NCBI GenBank assembly: GCA_964586465.1
Contig: CAZPHL010000002.1
Coordinates: 1-58,704 of the forward strand
DNA length: 58,704 bases
From: an uncultured Sangeribacter sp.
GTDB lineage: Bacteria > Bacteroidota > Bacteroidia > Bacteroidales > Muribaculaceae
Direction of reading: 5' to 3'
How positions within the stretch are numbered: position 1 is the stretch's first letter; each line of letters opens with the position of its first letter. The notes under the pieces are model-generated. The model was not told the DNA's origin. It saw only the letters and a program-made list of their open reading frames with translations, and ran no database searches. Position numbers and translations under genes: made by a program. This document shows positions 10,549 through 20,151 of this stretch, piece after piece.

Positions 10549-11859
10549 CTATTCTGCAAATTCTTTGAACTTATCTCCGAAGGCGCCAAGTTTATTCTGA
10601 TAATAGGAGCGCAGCTCTTTCCAACTGTAATAGGGTCCGCTCACCGGCGTACCGGGCATTGCGATCTCCCTCTCGTTCAGAAGTGCCTTGACAAGCACAT
10701 CATCCGGATCAGTAGAGCCTGAGCGTCTATAGAACACAAGTTGCAGATTACCTGCCATAGGTATTATCTCGTAATCACGCCAGCCGAGGTCATCAAGTTG
10801 CTCCAGATCGGTCACTTCCGTACCATAATTCCCAAGTTCCATAAGAGTAACCAAATTTACAAGGATACCGTCGTGACCATAACGTAGTTTTGCACTTGGC
10901 CATTTTGAATTAATGGCTGAATCGGTATCTTCAATAATCTTTCCGAGCAGCTTCCTTTGGGTATATGGCATACGATGCTCGGTTATTGGTGTATCGCCAC
11001 TGTGGATAAACCAGAAAGCGTTACCCCCTTTCCAATTCTCTTCCAGTTCCTCTTGAGTAAAGACATCTTCCAAAAGCCATGGTTTACCTTCATGCCCCTG
11101 CATACTTCCCAATACCCAATAAAGGTAGGGCATTATGCCGGGTGCCACACTGTCGCGGGCAAATTGGGGATCATTTACCAGACGGTCAAGATAGCCGTCA
11201 CCCCCTTTGTGGACCTCCTTATACGGATTCACTACCTCCTGTTCAGCTTTGTCTTTAATCGGCCAAGCCGGTTTGTCGTCATAATTCATAAACCACATAT
11301 CGGCATAGCTTGCATCTTTTGTAGGAATGATGTCCGGTGCGATCTGTCTGATACCTTCCAGTCCATTCATCATCGAGAGGATACATCTGATTACAACGGT
11401 TGATTTGGCATCGATATCGGCAGTGGCATTAAATATCTTAGGATAATTCTGAGCCATTCTCCTACCAATGGCCTGATGCTGCAAGGCGCCCCTGTCGGTA
11501 AGTTCACCAAGGCGTCCTTTAGATGATTCAGCCATATCTCTGAGAGCATTGAGGATTGTATCGCCCAAGGGGGTAAGTTTACCGGCTTTTTCCGCTTTCT
11601 CCAGCTGTCTTACGGGCGTAAGATAGTCGTTCTCCCCTATAAGCCACCGAGAGCCATGACGTCCATAATGTTCAAGATGGAAAGGCTCGTAACCTTGGGG
11701 TGCCGGAGTCTGTGCCGGAGGAGTGGTTTCCACGTAAGGATATTCGGTTAGATTCCCCGCCAGGCCATCAGCTTTGATATTCTGAAATTTCTTTTCCTCT
11801 CCCCACATTTGCATGGCAGTGAAAGAGAGTAAAATACCTATTGCGATTGATTTTTTCAT
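10549..11859 (-). CDS. Exported histidine acid phosphatase (phytase-like superfamily)
   Basis: Signal peptide, catalytic HYGRHGSR and RYGHD motifs, IPMAGNLQLVFYR. Confidence 0.85.
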   Translation of the reverse strand: MKKSIAIGILLSFTAMQMWGEEKKFQNIKADGLAGNLTEYPYVETTPPAQTPAPQGYEPFHLEHYGRHGSRWLIGENDYLTPVRQLEKAEKAGKLTPLGDTILNALRDMAESSKGRLGELTDRGALQHQAIGRRMAQNYPKIFNATADIDAKSTVVIRCILSMMNGLEGIRQIAPDIIPTKDASYADMWFMNYDDKPAWPIKDKAEQEVVNPYKEVHKGGDGYLDRLVNDPQFARDSVAPGIMPYLYWVLGSMQGHEGKPWLLEDVFTQEELEENWKGGNAFWFIHSGDTPITEHRMPYTQRKLLGKIIEDTDSAINSKWPSAKLRYGHDGILVNLVTLMELGNYGTEVTDLEQLDDLGWRDYEIIPMAGNLQLVFYRRSGSTDPDDVLVKALLNEREIAMPGTPVSGPYYSWKELRSYYQNKLGAFGDKFKEFAE

Positions 11860-11940
11860 ATTTGTCAGGTTAAGTTATTAACTGATTGATTAATTGTCAG
11901 TAAAATAAATTTTACTCAGTTACAGATAAGTAGTCAATTA

Positions 11941-11980
11941 TAAAAACGGGACCGTCTCAGATGAGGCAATCCCGTTTTTA
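11941..11980. terminator. Intrinsic terminator closing the susCDEF unit
   Basis: TAAAAACGGGA...TCCCGTTTTTA inverted repeat with A/T tracts on both sides. Confidence 0.75.
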
Positions 11981-12024
11981 TTCATTATTATTTCAGCAAT
12001 CCGTAAACGGATAGCGCGACAATA

Positions 12025-13515
12025 TTACTGTTTGGTCAGTGTAGCTTTGTAAGGCAGAGCGGAAAGATCCAATACAATAAGATATTTTCCAGCCTCTGCA
12101 ACCTGAAGGTTAGCACCATCTAACTTCAGTTCATCCAAGGAGTCACCACCCAGGTTGATATCCCAGTTATCATTACCTCTGAACTTGAATTGACCTTCGG
12201 TAAGATTAACAGTAAGAGTCCAAGTTAAGAAGTCAGCTGAAGGATTCATGTTAGTCTGATCATCCCAACCACCGGGTGTAGCATCACCAATCACACCTAA
12301 TCCGGTAATTTCAGTAATAGTATATGTAAGGGCATCAATGTTTGCTTTACACCAGTAGAGGCCATCCGCAGGAACAGTTATGTTACCTGCATCACCAGCA
12401 GTGCTTAATGTACCCGGCTCTTCTTTTCCCTCTTCTGTTATAGGTGCTGACGCCATACCGAAATTGATACCGTCCCAACCGGCATCTGTTGTAAATTTAA
12501 ATCCACCTGTCAGATGAGCAAAACCGAAGTAGTCGCTGTAGTTATAGGTAGATAATTTTTGACAACCACTACCAAAACCCCAACCATTTGAATCACCGGG
12601 AGTATAAAGATTCTCGTATGCCAGTTGCACCTGATATGAGAGAAGCTCCATATCTACATTGAAGATGTAAGGACCGGCCACATCAATAAGACCCGGGGTT
12701 GCCTTGGAACCTTCAACATTTGCAACCAATGAACCCTCTTTTGCTTTGTCATCAGCTGTTTCCATGCCAAAACTTGCAAATTCACCGGTCAGATCACCGG
12801 AAGCCATAGCGCTTTCAGGAATTATCATCCACTCAAAACCTGCTCCGTTAACGATGACAGCCGGAGATGCGAATCTACCGTCGGCATAAACATCAGGATT
12901 TGAACCCACCCTGTGAAGTGGTATAGCCTGCTCAAGATCCCAGTTCATTTCGGAAGTAAGAAGATAATACTCCTCCTCTACAAGTCTACCGTTATAAAGA
13001 TCGAAAGGTTTAACCTCAACACCGAAGTTACCGTAATAAGTATCCACGCTACCTAAACGAACTTTCTGAAGACCTTTGACTGCCCAAATCGGGAAACGGA
13101 CATAGGACTCAGTGGTCACGGGACTCTTACCAAACAGTTCACGATAGGCAGCTTCCCATGCATCCGGAGATACAGTGACAAGACCTGCTTCGTCAGTAGC
13201 AGCCTCGATAGTCTGATATTCAGCGAAATCATCAGTTTTTGAAATCTGGATAGTAGGCACCAGAGCAGTAAAGCCTTCGGGCCAATCCTCTCCGGCAGCC
13301 ACTTTTGCTATCTCCACCAATTTGCCCTCATTGTTCAAGGCATCGAGATTGATCAACGAACTTGCTGAAGGTCCCGCCTGAGCCGTGACACTGGTGGCAG
13401 TTACAGTTGGCAGCTGAGGATTGGTCTGCGGAAGACCGGTACCCTCCTCGATATCGTCGCAAGCCGCGAAACCGAGAGCCAGCGCTGTAAGTCCATAAAT
13501 ATATAGTTTATTCAT
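12025..13515 (-). CDS. SusF/SusE-like surface glycan-binding lipoprotein
   Basis: Lipobox FAAC; SusE/F-type modules (LYTPGDSNGW, GVIGDATPGGWD, FKFRGNDNWDINLGG); downstream of susC/susD. Confidence 0.82.
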   Translation of the reverse strand: MNKLYIYGLTALALGFAACDDIEEGTGLPQTNPQLPTVTATSVTAQAGPSASSLINLDALNNEGKLVEIAKVAAGEDWPEGFTALVPTIQISKTDDFAEYQTIEAATDEAGLVTVSPDAWEAAYRELFGKSPVTTESYVRFPIWAVKGLQKVRLGSVDTYYGNFGVEVKPFDLYNGRLVEEEYYLLTSEMNWDLEQAIPLHRVGSNPDVYADGRFASPAVIVNGAGFEWMIIPESAMASGDLTGEFASFGMETADDKAKEGSLVANVEGSKATPGLIDVAGPYIFNVDMELLSYQVQLAYENLYTPGDSNGWGFGSGCQKLSTYNYSDYFGFAHLTGGFKFTTDAGWDGINFGMASAPITEEGKEEPGTLSTAGDAGNITVPADGLYWCKANIDALTYTITEITGLGVIGDATPGGWDDQTNMNPSADFLTWTLTVNLTEGQFKFRGNDNWDINLGGDSLDELKLDGANLQVAEAGKYLIVLDLSALPYKATLTKQ

Positions 13516-13562
13516 TTCGTATTGCTTATGAAAAAATTACTATTTCAGATTGAATACAATAT

Positions 13563-13612
13563 ACCGTCCGGGTAATCATATCGGGTAGCTTCCTTCAACA
13601 TACCCGGACGGT
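13563..13612. other. Intra-operon stem-loop between the susE-like and susF-like genes
   Basis: 12-bp inverted repeat ACCGTCCGGGTA (13563-13574) / TACCCGGACGGT (13601-13612); no clear T-tract. Confidence 0.6.
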
Positions 13613-13626
13613 TGTTCATACTCACT

Positions 13627-14721
13627 TTACTCCATTGTCATAGTGTAAGGTAGAGTGCTGAGATCAAGTGTGATGGTTGCGCCTCCGTTGCTATTGAGAT
13701 TATCGCCGCTGAAGGTCAGATCATCAAATGTACCACCAAGATTAATATTCCAAGCATCATTGAATGCAAACTTGAATTGACCGGTAATACTGCTACTGTC
13801 AAATGTCCACTTGAGATAATTAGAAGATGGAGTCATGTGATTAGCCGCATCAGCCTGATTCCAGTCATTGTCTTCACCAACTACCGTGATACTGCTGATA
13901 TAGGTCAGTGTATATGACAGAGTATTGATGTTGACGTCTGCATAATAAAGGCCTTCACCCTCATCAGGAAGTTGTAAGTTACCGGCTGCACCGTTTGTAT
14001 CAAGTTTACCGGCTTCTTCAGCTGCGCCGAAGTTTGTACCATCCCAGTTAGGTTGATTTGTAAACTTAAACTCACCGTTCAGGTAAACGAAGCCATGGTA
14101 TTTGCCCTCTTCGTAAGCAAGAAGCTGCTGAGAATTTTCTTGATTCCAACCATTGGAGTTACCCGGAGTATAGAGCACGTCCATCTCCACAGCCTCAGGC
14201 TGATAGTAAGTGAGCACCTGCTTCAATACGATTGTATTTGAGGTAATGGTAGTTGATGGCTGATTATTAATACTTGCTGTGGCACGAATGTAAAGCGGCA
14301 CAACAGGGATGTCCTTCTCCAGGTAGTTATCCTGATTGATATCCATAAGCTGACACATGGCCACGGCGAGATTCTTCTCGTCCATCTCTATGACAGCACT
14401 CTGAGGATTGTTTACCAACACAGAGGCATAATATGGAGCTTCTCCCTCTGCCGGCTCAGGAAGTCCTTCGCCGAAATTCTCAAGCAGAGACACTTCGATG
14501 CTGTATGCCGGTGCCAGAGCCATACCATAATTAGGCTGCGAGCAGGTCAGCTCAAGAACTGTATTAGATGTGAGCTGATACAACTGGTCTGCAAAAGGCG
14601 GAGTATTCAGCACAAACTCTGTGGCTTCAGTGAAGACAGGATCCTTGTCGGCCTGACATGAGCTGAACCCAAGTGTTGCTATTGCTGCCATTCCGCAGGC
14701 AATTATATGAATTTTATTCAT
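13627..14721 (-). CDS. SusE-like surface glycan-binding lipoprotein
   Basis: Lipobox FSSC; FVLNTP...LTCSQPNYG N-terminal domain; LYTPGNSNGW and FKFAFNDAWNINLGG modules. Confidence 0.82.
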   Translation of the reverse strand: MNKIHIIACGMAAIATLGFSSCQADKDPVFTEATEFVLNTPPFADQLYQLTSNTVLELTCSQPNYGMALAPAYSIEVSLLENFGEGLPEPAEGEAPYYASVLVNNPQSAVIEMDEKNLAVAMCQLMDINQDNYLEKDIPVVPLYIRATASINNQPSTTITSNTIVLKQVLTYYQPEAVEMDVLYTPGNSNGWNQENSQQLLAYEEGKYHGFVYLNGEFKFTNQPNWDGTNFGAAEEAGKLDTNGAAGNLQLPDEGEGLYYADVNINTLSYTLTYISSITVVGEDNDWNQADAANHMTPSSNYLKWTFDSSSITGQFKFAFNDAWNINLGGTFDDLTFSGDNLNSNGGATITLDLSTLPYTMTME

Positions 14722-14771
14722 TGTTCAGTCTAAATGAAAGTTGATTGAAAGTGTTGTTTACCTCTCTGTCA

Positions 14772-16337
14772 TTAATTGGCATCACCGGTAGAAGTGGGAT
14801 AGCCGGGGTTCTGACCTAAAGTAGCCTCAAACTGCACAGGAATAGCGTAAAGATTACGATAGCTTTCGATTGAAGCGCCGCTATAAGAACCGCCTTTCCA
14901 TTCCCACAGATAGGAAGCACCTGTAAATTTGCCGAAACGGATAAGGTCGGAACGACGGTGACCCTCCCAATAAAGCTCACACATACGCTCATTCAACAGT
15001 TCGTCAGCTGTGTAGTTGCCTACTGGAGCAAGACCGGCGCGGATACGTACTTTATTATAGTAGTCAAGACCGTTGCAAGACTGTCCGTGGAGTTCACATT
15101 CTGCGAGCATCAGATAAACGTCGGCAAGACGGAACAATGGGAAGTCAGCATTGTTGAAAGCATTTACAGCAGTGCTTGTGCCATCGGCATTGTCATAGTT
15201 GGTTTCAGGAGTGTAAACATATTTTACACACATGTAACCGCCGCCGTCACCCGTCCAGTTCTCAAGATCGGCGGGAAGAACGTTCTCATGCAGATCGCCC
15301 TCATAGATAAGACGACGCTTATCATTGGAAGCAAGAGCCTGTGAGAGGTTTGACAATACACGCGGACCGTTCCACTGGTCACCTGCACAGCCGTAAGGCA
15401 GACAGTCAACATCACTGTTGTAAGCACCTACTGAGAGATAAGTAGTGCCGCCATAGGTCTGGATTGTATTGGCATCCTGAGGTACGCCCCAGATTATCTC
15501 ACCGTTGCCTACATACTTATCATTTGTGCCGCAGAAGAGATACTTGTACTCCAGATTTGCATCCCAAGGAATTGTTGTAGCAATCTGGCTGCAGAGATCG
15601 GCACACTCTTTCCACATTGAGCGGCCTGTGTAAACCTCGGCATTGAGGTAAAGTTTAGCGAGCAGCATCTGAGCAGCCTCTTTGGAAAGACGGCCATAAA
15701 TCTGCTGAGAAGCAGGGAGCATATCAGGGATAGCATCAGCCAGATCAGCTGTCACGGCATCGAAAAGTTCCTGACGGCTGTAAGTGGGAGGAATTGAACC
15801 TACGACACTCTCCTCAGTGGTCCAGGGACCTTTGCCGAAGATATCGATGATATGATAGTAGCTCAGAGCACGCAGAGTGCGCACCTCGCTCTTGAACTGT
15901 TTGATCTCGTTTTCCGAGAAGTATTGAGCGCCACCATCGATTACCTTGAGGAATTCGTTACAGATGGCAATCTGATAATTGAAGCGGCAGTATGCTTCGT
16001 AAAGCATCGCGCAGTCAGGTCCGGCATTGGCATTTTTAACCTCCGGTATACCTGCATCTTTCCAGTTATCACCGATAATGACCTCGTCACACGGAAGCTC
16101 CTCGAGGTTCCACATCAGACGGGTGTAGACAGCACGGCCTTCGTCATTTACCGAAACACCGCCCGTAAACACCAGGCCTCCGTAAACACGCGCAAGCACT
16201 CCAAGATAGTCCTCCTTCGACGTAAGCTCGGTCTTGGTGGTGGGGTTCTCCGGGTCAACGTTGAGGTCGCCCACACAAGAGGAGAGACCAAGGGTCAACG
16301 TCAGAGCACCTATCGCTATATATTTGCTGATTTTCAT
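14772..16337 (-). CDS. susD: SusD/RagB nutrient-binding lipoprotein
   Basis: Lipobox LSSC; LRALSYY, LLAKLYLNAEVY, FRLADVYLMLAE, ERMCELYWEGHRRSDLIRFG, QNPGY. Confidence 0.93.
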   Translation of the reverse strand: MKISKYIAIGALTLTLGLSSCVGDLNVDPENPTTKTELTSKEDYLGVLARVYGGLVFTGGVSVNDEGRAVYTRLMWNLEELPCDEVIIGDNWKDAGIPEVKNANAGPDCAMLYEAYCRFNYQIAICNEFLKVIDGGAQYFSENEIKQFKSEVRTLRALSYYHIIDIFGKGPWTTEESVVGSIPPTYSRQELFDAVTADLADAIPDMLPASQQIYGRLSKEAAQMLLAKLYLNAEVYTGRSMWKECADLCSQIATTIPWDANLEYKYLFCGTNDKYVGNGEIIWGVPQDANTIQTYGGTTYLSVGAYNSDVDCLPYGCAGDQWNGPRVLSNLSQALASNDKRRLIYEGDLHENVLPADLENWTGDGGGYMCVKYVYTPETNYDNADGTSTAVNAFNNADFPLFRLADVYLMLAECELHGQSCNGLDYYNKVRIRAGLAPVGNYTADELLNERMCELYWEGHRRSDLIRFGKFTGASYLWEWKGGSYSGASIESYRNLYAIPVQFEATLGQNPGYPTSTGDAN

Positions 16338-16377
16338 ATTGAGAATCCTTGTCTGTTTAAATTGTTAATTGAAGGGT

Positions 16378-19300
16378 TTAGAACGATGCTACTACACCGA
16401 GTGTGAATGTGAATGGACGGGGATATACACCGCTGTCGATACCGCCGGCGCTCTCAGGATCCATACCTTTATATTTCGTAATTACGAAAGGATTCTGAAC
16501 CGCACCATAGAGACGGAGACGCAGACGATCGCCGAGAAGATCACGCCATGTGTAACCTACTGTGATGTTGTCGCAACGTACAAACGATGCATTCTGTACG
16601 AAATAATCTGAAAGCTTCGTAGTAGAGGTAACATCCTCGAAGATGAACGTCTTTCTCATCAGGTTAGACAAGGGGAGTGAATTGTTGGCGGCGTTATCCA
16701 CTGTGCCGGCCATATTGGAATTGTAAAGCCAGTTGCCGATGTTTGCACGTAAGGAAATACCGAAGTCCCAATCCTTATATGAGAAGTTGTTATTCCAGGT
16801 CATAGTCACCTTGGGAGCGGGGCTATGGTAGAAGTAACGGTCAGATTCATTGATAAGACCATCACCGTTGCGGTCTACGAACACACCCTCGAGAGGATTG
16901 CCGCTCTTGTCATAAACCTGCTCATAAACATAGAATGAGCTTGCTGCGTGACCGAGGGCATGCTTCTGAGCCAGAAGGTCAGTACCTACGTTACCGAAGC
17001 TTGTGTCGGCACCGTCAGAGAGTTTGGTAATCTCATTGTGGTTGTAGCCGATATTATAAGCTGTAGTCCAAGTGAAATCGTTGGTTACGACAGGACGTGC
17101 AGTAATGTTGAACTCGATACCTTTATTGACAAGGTTACCGATGTTCATATCACCCTTGTTGGTGATGTTTGAACCTGCAGGGTAAGAGGTATAGAACAGA
17201 AGGTCTTTAGTTTCACGACGATAAAGCTCGAAGCTACCGGTGATGCGGTTGTTCAAGAAACCAAAGTCGATACCACCGTTCCATGTGTGAGTCTCCTCCC
17301 ACTTGATAGCTGCGTTATATCCTTCCGGAGATACGGGGAATACCTGCTGGCCGCCGGGAAGAAGAGCCGGATAAATCGAGCCTAAGCCGGTCCACTGTGA
17401 GTAAACGGGGAGATAGGGGAAGTAGTTGTCGCCTATATCCTGCTGACCGGTCACACCGTAACCTGCGCGGAGCTTAAGTTCGCTCATGAAACCGCGGGCA
17501 CCGTCCATGAAGCTCTCCTCGAGAATCTTCCAACCTAATGCGAATGCAGGGAATGTACCCCAACGGTTATCTTTTGAGAAACGAGATGTACCGTCATAAC
17601 GTACGGTAGCAGTAAGCAGATACTTGTCGACGAATACGAAGTTCACACGACCGAAGAATGACACGAGCTGATGAGGAACGCGGAAGCGATCGGTAGGCTG
17701 AGCCTGCACACCTAAATACTGCTCGTAAGCGGGATCACCGTTCACATTGTTAACGAATGAGAAAGAACGGCCTTTGTTGAAGAATTTCTGCCAAGAGTAA
17801 CCGCCTGTTACGTCAACGTTGGTCTTGATAGCCTCGAAATACTTGTTATAGTTGAGCACGAAATCAAGAAGGAGATTGGTGCGGAGCTGATACTGGTTGG
17901 TGTACATCGTACCACCGTTCTTTACAGTCTCTGCCTTCTCGATAGAACCGTCGGCACCATAAACAGGATATTGCCAACCATTTGCCCATGCTCTCGGAGT
18001 GTTCGGATATACACCGCCCTCCCAAGTACCATGCTGATAGTCGTAAGCGAGGTTAAGGTCTGCGCTTAACTCAGGAAGGAAAGGAAGCTTGTAGTTGAGC
18101 TGGAGGTTACCGATTGACTGCCAGGATTTACCTTTGGAAGTCTGTGCCAACTGTTGTGAAATCGGGTTTACAGGAGCAGTGGCTGTATTGAGCTGAGTGC
18201 CTTTTCCGTCAGGACCGATAACTTCACCTGAAGCGTTGTAAGATGTCCAGTAGTCAAATACGGCAGCGCCGTTGGTGAAATCCCTTACAGGAATTGTCGG
18301 GTTCATGCCTGCGCAAGTGCCGAGAGTGTTGTCGGCATAAGTGTTCTCGACATAAGAACCTTTCACATTGGCATTGACTGAGAGAGTGTTGTTGAAGAAC
18401 TTAGGAGTTATGCTGATAGAAGCAGTACCACGGTTCATGCCGGTTTTCTTGATAATACCGTTGTTGTTGGTGAAAGATACAGACACACGATAAGGAAGTA
18501 CACCTGCAGTACCGCCTACACTGAGAGAGTAGTCGGAAGAAACAGTAGTGCGGGTAGCCTCTTTCTGCCAGTTGGTGTTATAATCACCAAGCTGTCCTGC
18601 CTGAGCTGAGTCGGCACCATAGCGGTTGATGATATAATTGCGGAACTCGTTTCCATCCATCACGTCCAGCAGAGTGCGCGGAGTATTCACATACATATTG
18701 GCGGTGAAAGTCACCTGTGGTTTACCGCTTGAGCCTTTCTTGGTTGTGATGATGATCACACCGTTAGAGGCGCGGCTACCATAGATCGCTGTGGCGGAGG
18801 CATCCTTAAGGATAGTCATAGATTCCACATTCTCCGGCGACACCAAAGAAAGGGGGTTGGAGGCGCCATATACACCCTTAGTGCTCATGGGCACACCGTC
18901 AATCACGATAAGAGGATCGTTAGTAGCTGAAATAGAAGCACCACCACGGATCTGGATAGAAGCTCCACCCTGGGGAGAACCGTCAGTTGTAACAACCACA
19001 CCGGGGCTTGCGCCTACGAGCAGATCCTGAGCTGAAGTAGCCAGACCGGCTTCCACTTCAGAAGGCTTCACCATGGCCACAGCACCGGTGGCGTCAGACT
19101 TCTTCACCGTACCATAACCGATGACGACAGTCTCGTTGAGCATAGTAGCATTCTCCTTCATCTCGATAGTGATCTGAGTGCGTCCGTCAACCGGCACTTC
19201 GAGAGGATCATAGCCGACGTAGCTCACCACAAGAGTGGCATTACTCGGTACAGTGAGGGTAAAGTTACCGTCTAAGTCGGCTGCTGTACCATTACTTGTA

Positions 19301-19461
19301 CCTTTCTCCATCACGGTTGCGCCAATCAGCGGCTCACCGAACTCATCAAGTACGGTTCCGTTTACCGTAATCTTCTGAGCCATGGCCGGAGGTAAGAGCA
19401 AGAGCATCATTGCTATAAAAGCCCATAACCTCCGAGTCAGATGAAAACATACGTTCTTCAT
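16378..19461 (-). CDS. susC: SusC/RagA TonB-dependent transporter
   Basis: GEPLIGATV, VVIGYG, plug PLIVIDG...LKDASATAIYGSRASNGVIIITTK, C-terminal YPRPFTFTLGVVASF. Confidence 0.95.
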   Translation of the reverse strand: MKNVCFHLTRRLWAFIAMMLLLLPPAMAQKITVNGTVLDEFGEPLIGATVMEKGTSNGTAADLDGNFTLTVPSNATLVVSYVGYDPLEVPVDGRTQITIEMKENATMLNETVVIGYGTVKKSDATGAVAMVKPSEVEAGLATSAQDLLVGASPGVVVTTDGSPQGGASIQIRGGASISATNDPLIVIDGVPMSTKGVYGASNPLSLVSPENVESMTILKDASATAIYGSRASNGVIIITTKKGSSGKPQVTFTANMYVNTPRTLLDVMDGNEFRNYIINRYGADSAQAGQLGDYNTNWQKEATRTTVSSDYSLSVGGTAGVLPYRVSVSFTNNNGIIKKTGMNRGTASISITPKFFNNTLSVNANVKGSYVENTYADNTLGTCAGMNPTIPVRDFTNGAAVFDYWTSYNASGEVIGPDGKGTQLNTATAPVNPISQQLAQTSKGKSWQSIGNLQLNYKLPFLPELSADLNLAYDYQHGTWEGGVYPNTPRAWANGWQYPVYGADGSIEKAETVKNGGTMYTNQYQLRTNLLLDFVLNYNKYFEAIKTNVDVTGGYSWQKFFNKGRSFSFVNNVNGDPAYEQYLGVQAQPTDRFRVPHQLVSFFGRVNFVFVDKYLLTATVRYDGTSRFSKDNRWGTFPAFALGWKILEESFMDGARGFMSELKLRAGYGVTGQQDIGDNYFPYLPVYSQWTGLGSIYPALLPGGQQVFPVSPEGYNAAIKWEETHTWNGGIDFGFLNNRITGSFELYRRETKDLLFYTSYPAGSNITNKGDMNIGNLVNKGIEFNITARPVVTNDFTWTTAYNIGYNHNEITKLSDGADTSFGNVGTDLLAQKHALGHAASSFYVYEQVYDKSGNPLEGVFVDRNGDGLINESDRYFYHSPAPKVTMTWNNNFSYKDWDFGISLRANIGNWLYNSNMAGTVDNAANNSLPLSNLMRKTFIFEDVTSTTKLSDYFVQNASFVRCDNITVGYTWRDLLGDRLRLRLYGAVQNPFVITKYKGMDPESAGGIDSGVYPRPFTFTLGVVASF

Positions 19462-19969
19462 GCAAAATCAATTTATGGTTTATAAAAGGTTAAAAATATT
19501 CATTCCTATCTGAGTTTCACGGCTAAACCGTTTTTCTCTCTAGTTAGAGTTGCAAAGAACTTCGGTCAGTTGAATTCCCAAACGGGGAAAACAGAGTAGA
19601 GCAGGTAATTCAAAAAGTCAATTCAACTATTTAAGAGTGTTAAATCTACACTCTCAATTGTTAATTTTTCCTTATCCTAAACCTTATTACACATTGCCTC
19701 ACTTCTTTGTTTTTTTATTTCATATTTTTTAACATTTATTTAGAAATACGGAGCCACGTTTCACAGTAAGTTACAACGATTCCTGACCTCTTATTGGAAA
19801 AGAGACTCTATCTTTCTGTAATACCATAACTTAATGATTAGATCATTTATATAGTTAAGCAGTATCTTTCTTTAGTTAAGCATCTTCGGTGGTTATCCCA
19901 CATTTACAAATTCCTATGTCTTTAAAAGCATTCGGAGAGTTTTTCACTTTCAGACCATCAAAATCTGCG

Positions 19970-19977
19970 CAAATGTA
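19970..19977 (-). promoter_or_regulatory. Candidate -7 promoter element for susC
   Basis: TACATTTG (TAnnTTTG) on the minus strand, about 500 nt upstream of the susC ATG; TTAAC repeats lie upstream. Confidence 0.5.
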
Positions 19978-20151
19978 AGCATTAATTTTTCTTTATTGAT
20001 ATCAGCATTAACCTATTAACACTGTTAATTAACAATATTAACAATTAAAATAATAGTGTAATTTCAACACTCTTTCACCTAATAGTCAGTTAATAAACCA
20101 CTTCTTCATTTCCCTGCGGAACGGTCAGGATTTATGAAATAAAGATAAAAA

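Noticed and set aside
19462-20151. Invertible (phase-variable) promoter upstream of susC
   Set aside because: The inverted repeats found are short (7-9 bp), do not flank the candidate promoter, and no recombinase is nearby.
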